Part shown: positions 1 through 10,701 of the stretch, piece by piece
How positions within the stretch are numbered: the first letter of the stretch is position 1
Layout: the number at the start of each line of letters is the position of its first letter
Source: an uncultured Chlorobiaceae bacterium
Lineage (GTDB): Bacteria; Bacteroidota; Chlorobiia; Chlorobiales; Chlorobiaceae
Assembly (NCBI GenBank): GCA_903937835.1
Contig: CAJAAV010000118.1
Location: 1-56,932, forward strand
Reading direction: 5' to 3'
DNA: 56,932 nt
Notes under the pieces: generated by a model
What the model was told of the DNA's origin: nothing
Databases searched by the model: none
What the model saw: only the letters and a program-made list of their open reading frames with translations
Translations under genes and position numbers: made by a program

Positions 1-34
1 AAAAAGTGAGAACAAGGACAATGATATATATTTG

Positions 35-107
35 TGGAGCTTAGGGGAGTCGAACCCCTGACCTTCTCATTGCGAACGAGACGCTCTGCCAACTGAGCTA
101 AAGCCCC
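35..107 (-). tRNA. tRNA-Ala (anticodon CGC), CCA not encoded
   Basis: Reverse complement GGGGCTTTAGCTCAGTTGGCAGAGCGTCTCGTTCGCAATGAGAAGGTCAGGGGTTCGACTCCCCTAAGCTCCA folds as a cloverleaf with a G3:U70 Ala identity pair, anticodon loop TTCGCAA and T-loop GTTCGA. Confidence 0.96.
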
Positions 108-164
108 GATTGTGATGCTACAAATTTTTAGCGCTGCCTGCAAATGCAACAACTAAAAAAAGGC

Positions 165-195
165 AAAAAAATAGCCTGCACAGGCGCAGGCTATT
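165..195 (-). terminator. Intrinsic terminator of the atp F0/delta operon
   Basis: 10-bp stem AATAGCCTGC/GCAGGCTATT followed by a T-tract on the minus strand, about 30 bp after the atpH stop. Confidence 0.8.
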
Positions 196-226
196 GACCT
201 TTAAAGCTGTCAAACAATTGCTGCGC

Positions 227-772
227 TCATGCCTTTTCAGAAACAAGAGCCTGCTTGAGCATCTGAAGCTGGTGGCTTATAGTACCATCATAGATAGTGT
301 CGCCGATTTTCACAGAAACCCCGCCAATAAACTCCTCATTGACAGAAAATCCTGGCCGGATTATCTTTCCGGTAAAGACAGCGAGTCTGTTCACCAGATC
401 ATTGGCCTGTTCATCAGAGAGTTGAACCGCACTGACAACTTCAACATTAATCACCCCTCGTTTTTCATCCAGAAGGATTTGAAACTCATCAATGATTTGT
501 GGAAGGAGACCTGCGCGTTTCTTTTGGGCAACCAGCTTCAAAAACAAAAACATTTTATCCCCGACCAAACCCTTAAAGATCTCTTCAAGGATATGAATCT
601 TCTTGTCGCCTTTTACCAGAGGACTGCGCAATGCATGCACAAGATCACGTGAATTGTGAAGAACATCTCTGATCACGATAAGCTCTTCGACAATCTGATC
701 GAGAAAATTACCCTCCACAGCGGCTGAAAAGAGAGCTGCGGCATATCGACGGCTTGCAATTAATGTTGACAT
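227..772 (-). CDS. atpH: ATP synthase F1 subunit delta
   Basis: RRYAAALF N-terminus and IGGVSVKIGDTIYDGT C-terminal motif; follows atpF. Confidence 0.95.
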   Translation of the reverse strand: MSTLIASRRYAAALFSAAVEGNFLDQIVEELIVIRDVLHNSRDLVHALRSPLVKGDKKIHILEEIFKGLVGDKMFLFLKLVAQKKRAGLLPQIIDEFQILLDEKRGVINVEVVSAVQLSDEQANDLVNRLAVFTGKIIRPGFSVNEEFIGGVSVKIGDTIYDGTISHQLQMLKQALVSEKA

Positions 773-786
773 GACTTGAGCAGTTT

Positions 787-1314
787 TCAGTTACGTTTTG
801 TTGAAAAATCCTGAATCATGCTGTTAACTATCTTTTTCTGCATATCAGCATCAAGAGCGGTCTTGATAATTTTTTCAGCGCCCTTGACGGCAAGATCAGC
901 AACTTCATTCCTCAGCACATCGAGTGCCCGACGTTTTTCCTGCTCTATTTCATCCTTCGCCGAGGCAATCATTTTTTTAGCCTCACTTTGAGCCTTTTCT
1001 GTGATATCAGCGCGAAGCTTTTCGGCATAGTCTTTTCCTTCACGAAGAATCCTGTCGGATTCAGCATCGGCTTTTGAAAGCAGTTCCCTGTTTTTACGCA
1101 GAATAGCTTCAGATTCATCCTTGGCCTGATGTGCACGGTCAATAGATGACTGTATTCCCTTTTCCCGATCCTGAAGAGCCGTGATGATTGGACCCCATGC
1201 AATCTTCTTCAGAATAAGCATGACAAGAATAAATGTTATCGCAGTCCAGAAAATAAGGCCGGGTTCCGGGCTCAAAAGACTACCTGCAAGAAGTATAACT
1301 CCTGACGTAAGCAT
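787..1314 (-). CDS. atpF: ATP synthase F0 subunit b
   Basis: One N-terminal TM helix (PGLIFW...AWGPI) followed by a long coiled coil; ATG at 1314 preferred over TTG at 1320. Confidence 0.95.
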   Translation of the reverse strand: MLTSGVILLAGSLLSPEPGLIFWTAITFILVMLILKKIAWGPIITALQDREKGIQSSIDRAHQAKDESEAILRKNRELLSKADAESDRILREGKDYAEKLRADITEKAQSEAKKMIASAKDEIEQEKRRALDVLRNEVADLAVKGAEKIIKTALDADMQKKIVNSMIQDFSTKRN

Positions 1315-1340
1315 GAACAATGTTTCCGTTAACGATTAAT

Positions 1341-1380
1341 AAAACCCGATAACGGCTTGTGGATATAAGCCGTTATCGGG
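1341..1380 (-). terminator. Hairpin between atpE and atpF (partial terminator or mRNA-stability element)
   Basis: Perfect 14-bp inverted repeat CCCGATAACGGCTT/AAGCCGTTATCGGG followed by TTTT on the minus strand. Confidence 0.7.
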
Positions 1381-1419
1381 ATATCTTCTTTATCGAATCT
1401 GCAGAGCACTCGCGAAATC

Positions 1420-1647
1420 TTACTTAAGAGCAAGAAGCACGCAGATAACTTCGCCGAACAGAGCAACACCTTCGATAAGAGCTGCAGCAATAATCATGGT
1501 AGTACGGATGTCCGCAGTCGCTTCAGGCTGACGCGCAACGCCTTCGGCAGCAGAAGCTGCTACGTTACCAATACCAAGACCAGCTCCGATAACAGCAAGA
1601 CCAGCACCAATACCGGCGCCTAAATAACCCAAACCTAAACCTTCCAT
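1420..1647 (-). CDS. atpE: ATP synthase F0 subunit c (H+-type motif)
   Basis: GxGxG helix, RQPEA loop, conserved Glu in LIEGVALF; lacks the Q...ES/T Na+ signature. Confidence 0.97.
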   Translation of the reverse strand: MEGLGLGYLGAGIGAGLAVIGAGLGIGNVAASAAEGVARQPEATADIRTTMIIAAALIEGVALFGEVICVLLALK

Positions 1648-1748
1648 CTTGTAATTACCCCCGTTTATTTTTTTTGTAAGTGTCCATTAAAACCAGTCAA
1701 TAAAAAGCTTGAAAATAAAAGTTATTCCCTGATAATGCCTGCACCATT

Positions 1749-2765
1749 TTAATGTGAAGCAACTCCTGCCTCATGCTCGTCATGTCCTTCATGAGCAGAA
1801 GCAAGGCCTATAAAAAGTGCGGAGAGCATCGTAAAGATAAATGCCTGAAGAAAAGCAACAAAAAGTTCAAGCAGGTAGATAAATATTGAGAATGGAACCG
1901 ACATGACGACTGCAACGATATAGCTTTTAAGAATAAAGCTGATAAAGATCAGACTGAGGATCACAATGTGGCCCGCCGTCATATTGGCAAACAACCGTAT
2001 AGTAAGAGCAACCGGTTTGGTAAACAAGCCTATAAATTCAATCGGAATCATAATAATCCAGAGTGCCGGATGAGTTCCGCCAGTAAGATGCGCAAGGTAC
2101 CCCTTGATTCCATGAGCTTTCAAGGCCGCCATCTGTGTAAGGAAAAAGGTGAATGTGGCAAGCGTGAGCGTGACGTTGATATTGCCCGTAGCGGTCGCAC
2201 CGTAGGGAACAAGGCCCAAGAGGTTGCAGAGCAGAATAAAAAAGAAAACCGTCAGAAGGTACGTGAGATACTTTTCATATTCCTTCCCGATATTGGCCTT
2301 GGCCACATCGGTGCGGATAAACTCAACCAGCGCCTCCATGGCGTTGACCAACCCCTTGGGAGCCTGACTCGGCGTCATCTTCTTGTACTTGGCACCGACT
2401 ATGGAAAAGATTACCAGAAGAATTGCCGATACAACCCAAAGCATCACCACGTGTTTGGTAATTGAAATATCAAACCCAGCTACCTTTATTTCGGGAAGCT
2501 CTACACTGCCAAAGGGGGGGAAAGCATATACCCTGTTATTAAGAATATGATGCATGATCACATCACCTGCTTTTTCCTCTTCAGGGGCAGCCTGAGCGCC
2601 ATGTGCAGTCTCAACAGCCTGAGCCGCAGTCACCTCATTTCGGGGTACACCCGGCAACTTCTCGGCAGAGACATCAGCAACACCGTAGCCATTGAGCAGA
2701 AGAGGTACAAGAACAGCAAAGACCTTGAGAAGAGCCTTAGGCTGTAGAGCGTTTATCCGTTTCAT
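1749..2765 (-). CDS. atpB: ATP synthase F0 subunit a with N-terminal extension
   Basis: [13 protein letters not shown] and LQAFIFTML motifs; multiple TM helices. Confidence 0.96.
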   Translation of the reverse strand: MKRINALQPKALLKVFAVLVPLLLNGYGVADVSAEKLPGVPRNEVTAAQAVETAHGAQAAPEEEKAGDVIMHHILNNRVYAFPPFGSVELPEIKVAGFDISITKHVVMLWVVSAILLVIFSIVGAKYKKMTPSQAPKGLVNAMEALVEFIRTDVAKANIGKEYEKYLTYLLTVFFFILLCNLLGLVPYGATATGNINVTLTLATFTFFLTQMAALKAHGIKGYLAHLTGGTHPALWIIMIPIEFIGLFTKPVALTIRLFANMTAGHIVILSLIFISFILKSYIVAVVMSVPFSIFIYLLELFVAFLQAFIFTMLSALFIGLASAHEGHDEHEAGVASH

Positions 2766-3148
2766 GCAGTATTCTTTTTCTGTTTGTTTTTCTTTTGATA
2801 CCCGAGAATCTCAACAATCACATAGATACAGTAAAAAGCAAAAAATGAAAACACAAAATCATTGACAACCGCCAGATGCCTTACAAGAACTACCGCAATA
2901 AGTACCATCATCGAAAGCAGTCGAACCATCAAACCGCCGAACACAAACTTTGTGAAGACGGCTGACTCCTTATCAAGAGCATATTCAAAGAGCAAGTACC
3001 CGACTACAGTATTGGTTACAACCATTATCCATGCAAGAAACACTGAATAACGGTCGGTAGCACCCGGATCAAGAGTAAAAAAAATTATCGTCCATAAAAT
3101 GACTGATAAGATACACAACTTAATAAAAAATTCAAACAAAGGCTTCAT
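2762..3148 (-). CDS. ATP synthase protein I-like membrane protein
   Basis: About four TM helices; stop overlaps the atpB start (ATGA); AtpI position in the operon. Confidence 0.7.
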   Translation of the reverse strand: MKPLFEFFIKLCILSVILWTIIFFTLDPGATDRYSVFLAWIMVVTNTVVGYLLFEYALDKESAVFTKFVFGGLMVRLLSMMVLIAVVLVRHLAVVNDFVFSFFAFYCIYVIVEILGYQKKNKQKKNTA

Positions 3149-3197
3149 AAGAACTTTCTCTTTCTTGATCAACAAATGCAATATCGGAAAATATACC

Positions 3198-3443
3198 CTA
3201 TTTTTTTTTGTTTGCCGTCCGAACAACCTTCATAAGTACCAGCGCCATACCAAACATGCCGAGCACAACTCCAGCCAGAAGCAGCAATGGTGACGTGCCA
3301 AACTTCCCATCTGCCCAATATCCTGTCAACACAAAAAACGCAAAGCTTACTGCTATCTGCAAACCAATACCCATGTAATCGGACATCGCCCGAACAGAAC
3401 GCCCGAACTGATCGGGAAACCTCTCTTCATCAGGCTTTGTCAT
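3198..3443 (-). CDS. AtpZ/AtpI (ATPase gene 1) family protein
   Basis: Two TM helices with the GYWADGKFGTSP motif; first gene of the atp operon. Confidence 0.8.
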   Translation of the reverse strand: MTKPDEERFPDQFGRSVRAMSDYMGIGLQIAVSFAFFVLTGYWADGKFGTSPLLLLAGVVLGMFGMALVLMKVVRTANKKK

Positions 3444-3692
3444 CAATGAGCATCCTCGTTTATTTCCAGGCCTGCAAGCACATTCGGCAAAAAAGAAGAT
3501 AACCAGGGCCGCCGTGATTACCGTACCGTGAATGTGAAGATAATACTACTTCCTGAAATAATGAATCCATTTACAGGAAATTCTCCCGCTGATGAATAAC
3601 GACATTGAAAATAATCATATTATTTCTTTGTAACTGTGTTTATAATGCGGTTCCGATTGGCCAAGACAACAAAAAAAAATTTCAGGCTCAGA

Positions 3693-4454
3693 ATGACACC
3701 GGAATATATCGTGCCAAACTGTTTTCGCGGACACCAGGAACTTATCGCACTACAGAGCACAAGAAAAGGAGGGGCAAGCAACGGGGTGTATTCCTCCCTG
3801 AACCTCGGAAGCAATACCGGGGATCGCAGAGACCTGGTTTATGAAAACACCCGGCGTCTGTGTGTTGCTGCAGGCATTAATCCCGGACAATTGGTCAGCT
3901 CTGATCAGGTACACGGCACAGAAATACTCTATGCAGAAAAGCCGGGACGATACCACGGTTATGACTCTCTTGTTACAGATAAAAACAATCTCTTCCTGTG
4001 CATCTTTACCGCAGACTGCTATCCCGTGCTGATCTATGACCCACGGCATAACGCTTCGGGAGCAATTCATGCTGGCTGGAAAGGGAGCGCCGGGCAAATT
4101 GTGTCAAAAACAATTGCGACCATGGTGGTGCGTTTTAGCTCCATCCCTGCTGAGTGTCTTGCCTTTATAGGAACAGGCATTTCGGCCAATGCATACGAAG
4201 TTGACAAGGAGGTTGCAAAAGAGTTCCCGCCTGATACCAGCAAGCGCTGCACTTACTCGCCTGATGAAGAAAAATACTTGCTGGATCTTGGCCTGGTCAA
4301 CTACCGGCAACTGCTTTCATCAGGAATAACAGCGTCGAATATTGAGAGATCTCCGTTCTGCTCATACGGCGACAAAGACCTTTTCTTTTCATACCGTCGC
4401 GATCAGGGAAAAACCGGCCGGATGGTTTCCCTGATCGGTGTCGGCCAACGCTGA
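3693..4454 (+). CDS. pgeF: PgeF/YfiH peptidoglycan editing factor (purine nucleoside phosphorylase/laccase-like)
   Basis: SLNLG, QVHG, TADC, IHAGWKG and FFSYRR motifs; start uncertain (3636-3693). Confidence 0.92.
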   Translation: MTPEYIVPNCFRGHQELIALQSTRKGGASNGVYSSLNLGSNTGDRRDLVYENTRRLCVAAGINPGQLVSSDQVHGTEILYAEKPGRYHGYDSLVTDKNNLFLCIFTADCYPVLIYDPRHNASGAIHAGWKGSAGQIVSKTIATMVVRFSSIPAECLAFIGTGISANAYEVDKEVAKEFPPDTSKRCTYSPDEEKYLLDLGLVNYRQLLSSGITASNIERSPFCSYGDKDLFFSYRRDQGKTGRMVSLIGVGQR

Positions 4455-4460
4455 GGGTTG

Positions 4461-5753
4461 TTACGTAAAACTCCTGCCGTAGGAACCATAGAGTGCATGG
4501 GCCTCACGGGATATTTCCTCACTGAAATCGGGATGCGCTATACTTGCAAGGGCTTCCGCTCTCTGCCTGAGATTTTTGCCATGCAGATTGACAATGCCAA
4601 ACTCGGTAACCACATACTGCACATGAGCTCTGGTGGTGACAACACCGGCACCCAGTTTTAGCTGCGGAACAATCCTCGACAAGCCGTTTTTCGTAGTTGA
4701 CGGCAGTGCAATAATAGGCTTCCCTCCCTTTGAAAGGGCGGCTCCCCTTATAAAATCCATCTGACCGCCAACTCCGGAATAATATTTTTGACCTATTGAG
4801 TCAGCACATACCTGACCGGACATGTCAATTTCAAGAGCGCTGTTAATCGCAGTTACCCGCGGATTTTTCCTGATCTCCCGTGTATCATTGACATAATCGG
4901 AAGGAAGCATTTCTACAAGAGGATTATCGTCAACAAAATCATAGAGCCGTCGTGTTCCAACAAGAAAGCTTGCTACGATAATCTCCCGGTGACTCCCTTT
5001 TTTACTTCCGTTAATGACCCCTTTTTCCACAAGTTCAACCACGCCGTCAGAAAACATTTCAGAATGAATACCCAGATCCCGGTGACCGGAAAGCGCCGCA
5101 AGGGTTGCATCTGGAATTGCGCCTATACCCAACTGAAGCGTCGCGCCATCCTCGACAATAGAGGCAATATGACGGCCAATCCGGATCTCAATATCACTCA
5201 AGACGTGAAGGGGAGTTTCAGGCAGGGGATCGTTCACCTCAACCATTGCGTGAATCTTGCTGATATGAAGCATTCCTTCACCATGGGTACGGGGCATGTT
5301 CGGATTCACCTGGGCGATAACCACCTTTGCAGCATGCACGGCCGCCAGGGTAGCATCTACCGACACCCCAAGAGAACAGTATCCATGGCGATCAGGAGGA
5401 GAGACATGGACAAGAGCGACGTCGAGCGGCAGAATCCCGTTATAAAAAAGCGAAGGGACATCACTGAGAAACACAGGGATAGCATCTCCATCCCCACCCT
5501 GAACAGACTTGCGAACATTTCTTCCCACAAACAAGGCATTCAACCTGAAGCTTTCGCGATATTCCGGTCTGGCATAAGGTGCATCTCCCTCTGTGTGAAG
5601 ACTGACAATTTCAACATTTTTCAACTCGCCAGCCCGTTCAACCATGGCTTCAATCAACCGTTGCGGCGTTGCGGCCGCTGTATGCAAAAATACCCTGTCC
5701 CCTGACTTGATTTTTTGTACCGCATCTTCTGCGGAAAGCGTCTTATAGTGCAT
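4461..5753 (-). CDS. Acetyl-CoA hydrolase/transferase family (4-hydroxybutyrate CoA-transferase-like)
   Basis: LQLGIGAIP, HSEM catalytic Glu, SGVGGQMDF and VVTEFG motifs. Confidence 0.92.
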   Translation of the reverse strand: MHYKTLSAEDAVQKIKSGDRVFLHTAAATPQRLIEAMVERAGELKNVEIVSLHTEGDAPYARPEYRESFRLNALFVGRNVRKSVQGGDGDAIPVFLSDVPSLFYNGILPLDVALVHVSPPDRHGYCSLGVSVDATLAAVHAAKVVIAQVNPNMPRTHGEGMLHISKIHAMVEVNDPLPETPLHVLSDIEIRIGRHIASIVEDGATLQLGIGAIPDATLAALSGHRDLGIHSEMFSDGVVELVEKGVINGSKKGSHREIIVASFLVGTRRLYDFVDDNPLVEMLPSDYVNDTREIRKNPRVTAINSALEIDMSGQVCADSIGQKYYSGVGGQMDFIRGAALSKGGKPIIALPSTTKNGLSRIVPQLKLGAGVVTTRAHVQYVVTEFGIVNLHGKNLRQRAEALASIAHPDFSEEISREAHALYGSYGRSFT

Positions 5754-5762
5754 AAACCCTTT

Positions 5763-7055
5763 TTAAGTGTTGTTATTTTTCCGGCGAAGATATGCCGGAG
5801 TATCTGACAAGCCTTTCTGAATTTTGTCTTCATGCTCTCCTCTCTCTCCTGCCAGCGACGGATTGTGATCACCATCCTGGCCAGGATTTTTCCTCAGACC
5901 AACCTCATGAGGATCATGGATTGATAACTGTCTTCTGATATAGGCAGGAATCCGCAAATCTTCCTCCTTCCGTTCAGGCCCAAGAGACGCTGTCTGGCGA
6001 ACGGATGCATGAATCTGCCCTGGCCTCATCCCTGGTACCTGGGCAACAGGATGGCGTACTGCGGGAGGCTTTCCATCATCACGCTCCTTTCTCTTGAAAC
6101 CAGTCACAATAACGGTAACCCTGATCTCGCCGGAGACCTGAGGCTCATCGACATAGCCATTGATAATCTTGGCGTCACTGCCAACCTGTTCCTCGATATA
6201 GTTCATGGCATCCGACATGTCCCTCATGGTAACCTCGCCGGTAATGTTGACCAGCACCCCTTTGGCTCCCTTTATCGACACTCCTTCAAGAAGAGGACTG
6301 TTGATAGCATCCGATGAGGCCTTCATCGCCCGGCGTTCACCTGCTGCAGCCGCAGAACCCATAACAGCATCGCCCGCTCCCGACATAATGCTGCGCACAT
6401 CGGCAAAGTCAACATTAACATGCCCATGACGAGTAATAATGTCAGCGATGCCTTTGGCTGCCCTGTAGAGAACATCGTTCGCCATGTTGAATGCTTCAGT
6501 GGCGCTGACACCCTCTTCAGCAATACTCAGAATCTTTTCGTTTTCAACAAGAATAAGAGTGTCGATATATTTTCTCAGCTCGGCTATACCGCCATCAGCA
6601 ATTTTCGACTTTACCTGGCCTTCAAAGTTGAACGGCCTGGTCACTACACCAATGGTCAGAATGCCCATATTTCTGGCAATTGAGGCAATAACCGGTGCGG
6701 CACCAGTTCCGGTGCCTTTGCCCATACCTGCCGCAATAAAAACAAGATCAGCTCCTCGAAGCTGAGCTGCAATAATTTCCTTGTCATCTTCAGCCGCCTG
6801 ACGACCTTTTGCAGGATCAGCTCCAGCGCCCAGACCGCTCGTTGCCTTTTTGCCGATCTGTACCCTGAGATGCGCCTTCGAGTTCAGAAGCGCCTGACGA
6901 TCAGTATTGAAAACGATATATTCAACGCCGCTTATTTTCCGGTCAATCATATTGTTAACCGCATTGCCGCCGCAACCACCGACACCAACAATCTTTATCG
7001 TTACCCCTTTACCCTGGTCGCTGTCAAACAGGCCTGGGTCCAGCTCAAATGCCAT
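5763..7055 (-). CDS. ftsZ: Cell division GTPase FtsZ
   Basis: [29 protein letters not shown] and NVDFADV motifs. Confidence 0.98.
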   Translation of the reverse strand: MAFELDPGLFDSDQGKGVTIKIVGVGGCGGNAVNNMIDRKISGVEYIVFNTDRQALLNSKAHLRVQIGKKATSGLGAGADPAKGRQAAEDDKEIIAAQLRGADLVFIAAGMGKGTGTGAAPVIASIARNMGILTIGVVTRPFNFEGQVKSKIADGGIAELRKYIDTLILVENEKILSIAEEGVSATEAFNMANDVLYRAAKGIADIITRHGHVNVDFADVRSIMSGAGDAVMGSAAAAGERRAMKASSDAINSPLLEGVSIKGAKGVLVNITGEVTMRDMSDAMNYIEEQVGSDAKIINGYVDEPQVSGEIRVTVIVTGFKRKERDDGKPPAVRHPVAQVPGMRPGQIHASVRQTASLGPERKEEDLRIPAYIRRQLSIHDPHEVGLRKNPGQDGDHNPSLAGERGEHEDKIQKGLSDTPAYLRRKNNNT

Positions 7056-7097
7056 TGCTCATTTCTCCACTTTAAAACGCTCTTGTTTGCTCGTTCG

Positions 7098-8399
7098 TCA
7101 CAGATTATCCCAAAATTTCTTCATCCTGTCAACAATTTTTTTCCCTGCAGGACTTTGCTCCTGCACCACAGACTCTTCCTGGATGCCTACAGGCGCCTCA
7201 GTTGGCAGTACCTCTGCGGTCGAAGCAAAACTGTGATTCACTGAGAGGTTATTTTGAAATGCATGGGCAACAAGACCCATCACGGTTGCATACATAGGAT
7301 TGTTGACGGAACCCTTGATCCCGCCAGATACACCTTCCGGATAGCCAATACGAATATCAAGGCCAAGAACATCCCGGGCAAGCTCTTCGGCTCCCGGCAA
7401 AAGCGAACCTCCTCCCGTTATAATTGCTCCTGCATTAAGATATTCATAATAGCCAGAGCGCTTGACAGAGTCCCGCACCAGTTCCAGAATCTCCATCATC
7501 CTGGCTTCAATAATCATCGTCAGGGAGCTCTTGGGAACGGATTTTTGCGGACGACCTTCGATGCCCTCAATAAGCAGCTCCTCATCCTCACCACTGAGCT
7601 TGCCATAAGCACAACCATGCTTTATCTTCAGCTCCTCAGCAACCTCGTAAAGTGCCTTCACCCCATGAGCAATATCATGAGTAACATCATTGGCCGCAAC
7701 CTTGATGACCTCTGAATAACGGATAGCTCCGTCAATATAGATGGCTATCTCGGTCGTTCCGCCGCCGATGTCAATAACAACTACCCCGCTTTTTTTCTCA
7801 CGCTCTTTCATGACGGCCATGCCAGAAGCAACGGGTTCAAAGGTAACGGCACTGATTTCAAGGCCCGCCTTCTCGACGCACTGCCTGATATTGCGGATCT
7901 TTGTTCTCAGACCGACAACAATATAGGCACTGCCTCTCATGGTGGTTCCCGCCATACCTATCGGATCAAGAAGACCATCCTGATCATCAACAATGAATTC
8001 CTGGGGAATGACATGAATAATTTCATGATCGATATCCAGATACCGGATATTCGTCTTGGCCTTCTCCAGAAACCGTTTCACATCAGACTCATTGACAATC
8101 CCTGTCTGATTGATGCTGATTTCGGAATTACTGTGAATACAATGGACATGTGCACCTGAAATTCCGACATTGACACCATGAATACGGATGGAAGACTCCC
8201 GTTCAGCATCAGCTACGGCTGCCCGGATAGAAGCTACCGTCTTGTTAATATTCACCACTGTTGCCCGTTGAAGACCATCGGAATTTGAACGTCCTTTCCC
8301 AAGCACATTGAGTTTTCCTATTTCATCTTTTTCAGCAACAACAACACACACCTTGGTTGTTCCAATATCAAGACCTACGGCAATATTGCTTTTCAGCAT
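7098..8399 (-). CDS. ftsA: Cell division protein FtsA
   Basis: GLDIGTTKV, DIGGGTT and TGGG motifs; C-terminal amphipathic helix RMKKFWDNL. Confidence 0.97.
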   Translation of the reverse strand: MLKSNIAVGLDIGTTKVCVVVAEKDEIGKLNVLGKGRSNSDGLQRATVVNINKTVASIRAAVADAERESSIRIHGVNVGISGAHVHCIHSNSEISINQTGIVNESDVKRFLEKAKTNIRYLDIDHEIIHVIPQEFIVDDQDGLLDPIGMAGTTMRGSAYIVVGLRTKIRNIRQCVEKAGLEISAVTFEPVASGMAVMKEREKKSGVVVIDIGGGTTEIAIYIDGAIRYSEVIKVAANDVTHDIAHGVKALYEVAEELKIKHGCAYGKLSGEDEELLIEGIEGRPQKSVPKSSLTMIIEARMMEILELVRDSVKRSGYYEYLNAGAIITGGGSLLPGAEELARDVLGLDIRIGYPEGVSGGIKGSVNNPMYATVMGLVAHAFQNNLSVNHSFASTAEVLPTEAPVGIQEESVVQEQSPAGKKIVDRMKKFWDNL

Positions 8400-8420
8400 C
8401 GTTCTATACTTGCATAATTT

Positions 8421-9284
8421 TCATTGAGAAATATCCTTCGGCACCTTTGGAGATACAAGATCCACGGTAAAAATCCTGTCCCTGAACCTTAGATCCACAG
8501 TGTCATAACATCCAAAACCTTTTTTTGAAATGACCTTTTGCCAGAATATCTCAAATTTTTTCAACTTTTCCTTGAAGTTACCGTCATTACCGACAATAAA
8601 ACGGGTAGGAGCCTGGACGGCAATGTACCATGTCATATTGTTGCCTGCAAGATGAAGTTCACGAATAAGGATGCTTGCATACTCTGTCTCAGAAAGAGCC
8701 TCAAGAAAGTGCAGGATCAATGCAATATCATGCACGTCAAGTTGCTGCATGCCATTGTTGACCGTTTTCAGACGGCTCATTCCGGCAATTTCCAGCAATT
8801 TCGGGAAACGCTCTGCAACCACTGGTTTCCACGGAAGAAGAAATCCTTCACGATCAATAACCATCATTCGACCGTCAATAACGGTTAAGGCAACCGGTTC
8901 CCGCTCTATAACCCTGACGCGGACGTTCCCGTTCAGCTCCTTGCTGATCACGGCATCTCTGAGATAGGGAAGAACCATAATCCTCCGTTTCAACTCTTCG
9001 GCATCAAGATCCTGCAGGTTCCTGCCTTTAAAAGCCATAATGCGAGAGAAAAGCTCCCTGTTCTCAATAATCGAGGCTCCATCAACAACAAAGTCACGGA
9101 CAACCACCTCTTTTTTCCAGTGCGAGGCAACTGAGACTAACCCCGCAAGAACGACGAGCACCATCAGCAAAATATAAAACGGCAAAGCCCGGTTGCCCCC
9201 CGCAGGAGGGGGGGCGACATCGCTCCGGATTTCCTCACCATCCGGCAGAGCGCCGGAATATTCATGGTATTCGGAATCAGACAT
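8421..9284 (-). CDS. ftsQ: Cell division protein FtsQ/DivIB
   Basis: TM helix plus POTRA ([10 protein letters not shown]) and VDLRF C-terminus; ATG 9284 overlaps the murC end, so the longer ORF start is spurious. Confidence 0.88.
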   Translation of the reverse strand: MSDSEYHEYSGALPDGEEIRSDVAPPPAGGNRALPFYILLMVLVVLAGLVSVASHWKKEVVVRDFVVDGASIIENRELFSRIMAFKGRNLQDLDAEELKRRIMVLPYLRDAVISKELNGNVRVRVIEREPVALTVIDGRMMVIDREGFLLPWKPVVAERFPKLLEIAGMSRLKTVNNGMQQLDVHDIALILHFLEALSETEYASILIRELHLAGNNMTWYIAVQAPTRFIVGNDGNFKEKLKKFEIFWQKVISKKGFGCYDTVDLRFRDRIFTVDLVSPKVPKDISQ

Positions 9285-10686
9285 AACTGATTGATCCAGA
9301 CTGCCTGCAGAATTCGGCAACTCTCGAAGCAAGATGGGTAATATCACCGGCTCCCATGAAAAGAAGCATGTTGCCATTGACTGAATTCTCTTTGAGAGCC
9401 GCAAAAAGGAGATCCATATCTGCAATATATTCAACCTGCCTGCCGCCTGCCTTTCGGACAGCAGCCGCAACCAATTCCCCATTAACACCCGGATAATCCA
9501 CAGCCTTTTCACGGGAAGGATAGACATCCGCAATGTAAACAGCGTCTGCCCGTGAAAGCGCCCAGCCATACTCGTCAGCAAACTCCCTGGTACGAGAAAA
9601 AAGGTGCGGCTGAAAAACTGCTACGACCCTGAAATCAAGCCATCCACTTTTAGCCGCCTTGACGGTCGCCTTGACTTCAGAAGGGTGGTGTGCGTAATCG
9701 TCAACAACCATAAGTCCGGCACCATTATCGTATTTCACCTGAAACCTTCTCCTCATGCCGCTGTACCGGCCAAGCCCGGCAATCAGCAGTTCGGGCATGA
9801 TCCCCAGCTCAAGACCCGCCGAAAAAGCGGCCAGAGCATTGAGCACATTGTGTCGGCCCGGCACGTTGATGCACACATTGGTGTACTCCCGACCGTAAGC
9901 CTGTATTGTAAAGCTGGTATAATTTTTTTCAAAAACAATGTCTGATGCCATAACATTGGCAGGCTCCTCAATACCGAACGTGGTATAGAGACGATTGAGG
10001 GATGGAATAATTTTCCTGATCTCCGGCCAGTCAACACAACAGATCACCCGTCCGTAAAACGGCACCTTGTTGGCAAAGGCAATGAATGCCTGTTTCAGCT
10101 CATCAAGCGTCCCGTAGGTGTCCATGTGCTCAGATTCAAGGCTGTTGAGTATGGCAATGGTCGGGGTAAGCTTCAAAAAAGCACGATCATACTCATCGGC
10201 CTCGATCACCATAAATTTCCCCTCACCAACAACAGTGCTCCCTTTCAGATAATCTGATATACCCCCAATCATGACGGTCGGCGATTCCCCTGATTCGATA
10301 AGCATGGTGGCAATCATGGCAGTCGTCGTTGTCTTCCCATGGGTGCCAGAAATACAGATCCCATATTTATAGCGCATAAGCTCGCCAAGCATCTCGTCTC
10401 GTTTGATGACCGGAATGCCTTGCGTCTCAGCCGCAATAATCTCAATATTTTCTTCAGGCCTGATGGCTGAAGAGTAGACAACAACATCACACGAAGCCAC
10501 CTGTTCTGCCCGATGTCCCCTATAAATTATTGCCCCATGCTCGACAAGTTTTTCGGTCACCTCGCCTGTTGAAAGGTCAGAACCTGTAACGCCGAACCCC
10601 GACTTCAAGAGCAGTTCCGCTATAGCACTCATCCCCGCACCGCCTATCCCGACAATATGAACGCTTTTTGTTTTTCCCAATTCCAT
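9277..10686 (-). CDS. murC: UDP-N-acetylmuramate--L-alanine ligase
   Basis: [22 protein letters not shown] and DDYAHHP motifs. Confidence 0.97.
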   Translation of the reverse strand: MELGKTKSVHIVGIGGAGMSAIAELLLKSGFGVTGSDLSTGEVTEKLVEHGAIIYRGHRAEQVASCDVVVYSSAIRPEENIEIIAAETQGIPVIKRDEMLGELMRYKYGICISGTHGKTTTTAMIATMLIESGESPTVMIGGISDYLKGSTVVGEGKFMVIEADEYDRAFLKLTPTIAILNSLESEHMDTYGTLDELKQAFIAFANKVPFYGRVICCVDWPEIRKIIPSLNRLYTTFGIEEPANVMASDIVFEKNYTSFTIQAYGREYTNVCINVPGRHNVLNALAAFSAGLELGIMPELLIAGLGRYSGMRRRFQVKYDNGAGLMVVDDYAHHPSEVKATVKAAKSGWLDFRVVAVFQPHLFSRTREFADEYGWALSRADAVYIADVYPSREKAVDYPGVNGELVAAAVRKAGGRQVEYIADMDLLFAALKENSVNGNMLLFMGAGDITHLASRVAEFCRQSGSISYV

Positions 10687-10701
10687 TATGGATTCTCTCC
10701 G

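Noticed and set aside
1358-1366. DnaA-box-like ATATCCACA
   Set aside because: It is a single mismatched copy forming the loop of the atpE hairpin, far from the origin clusters
3601-3627. Fur-box-like AAATAAT-CAT-ATTATTT between atpZ and pgeF
   Set aside because: Only a partial match in AT-rich DNA, with no iron-related neighbours
9285-9581. 99-aa N-terminal extension of ftsQ, and similar extensions of rsmH, murF, soyZ, yraN, mltG and DUF2461
   Set aside because: They overlap upstream genes or intergenic DNA; downstream ATGs fit translational coupling and family length
8421-10686. Absence of murB and ddl between murC and ftsQ
   Set aside because: This is a common dcw variation; the genes are probably elsewhere and there is no sign of a deletion scar
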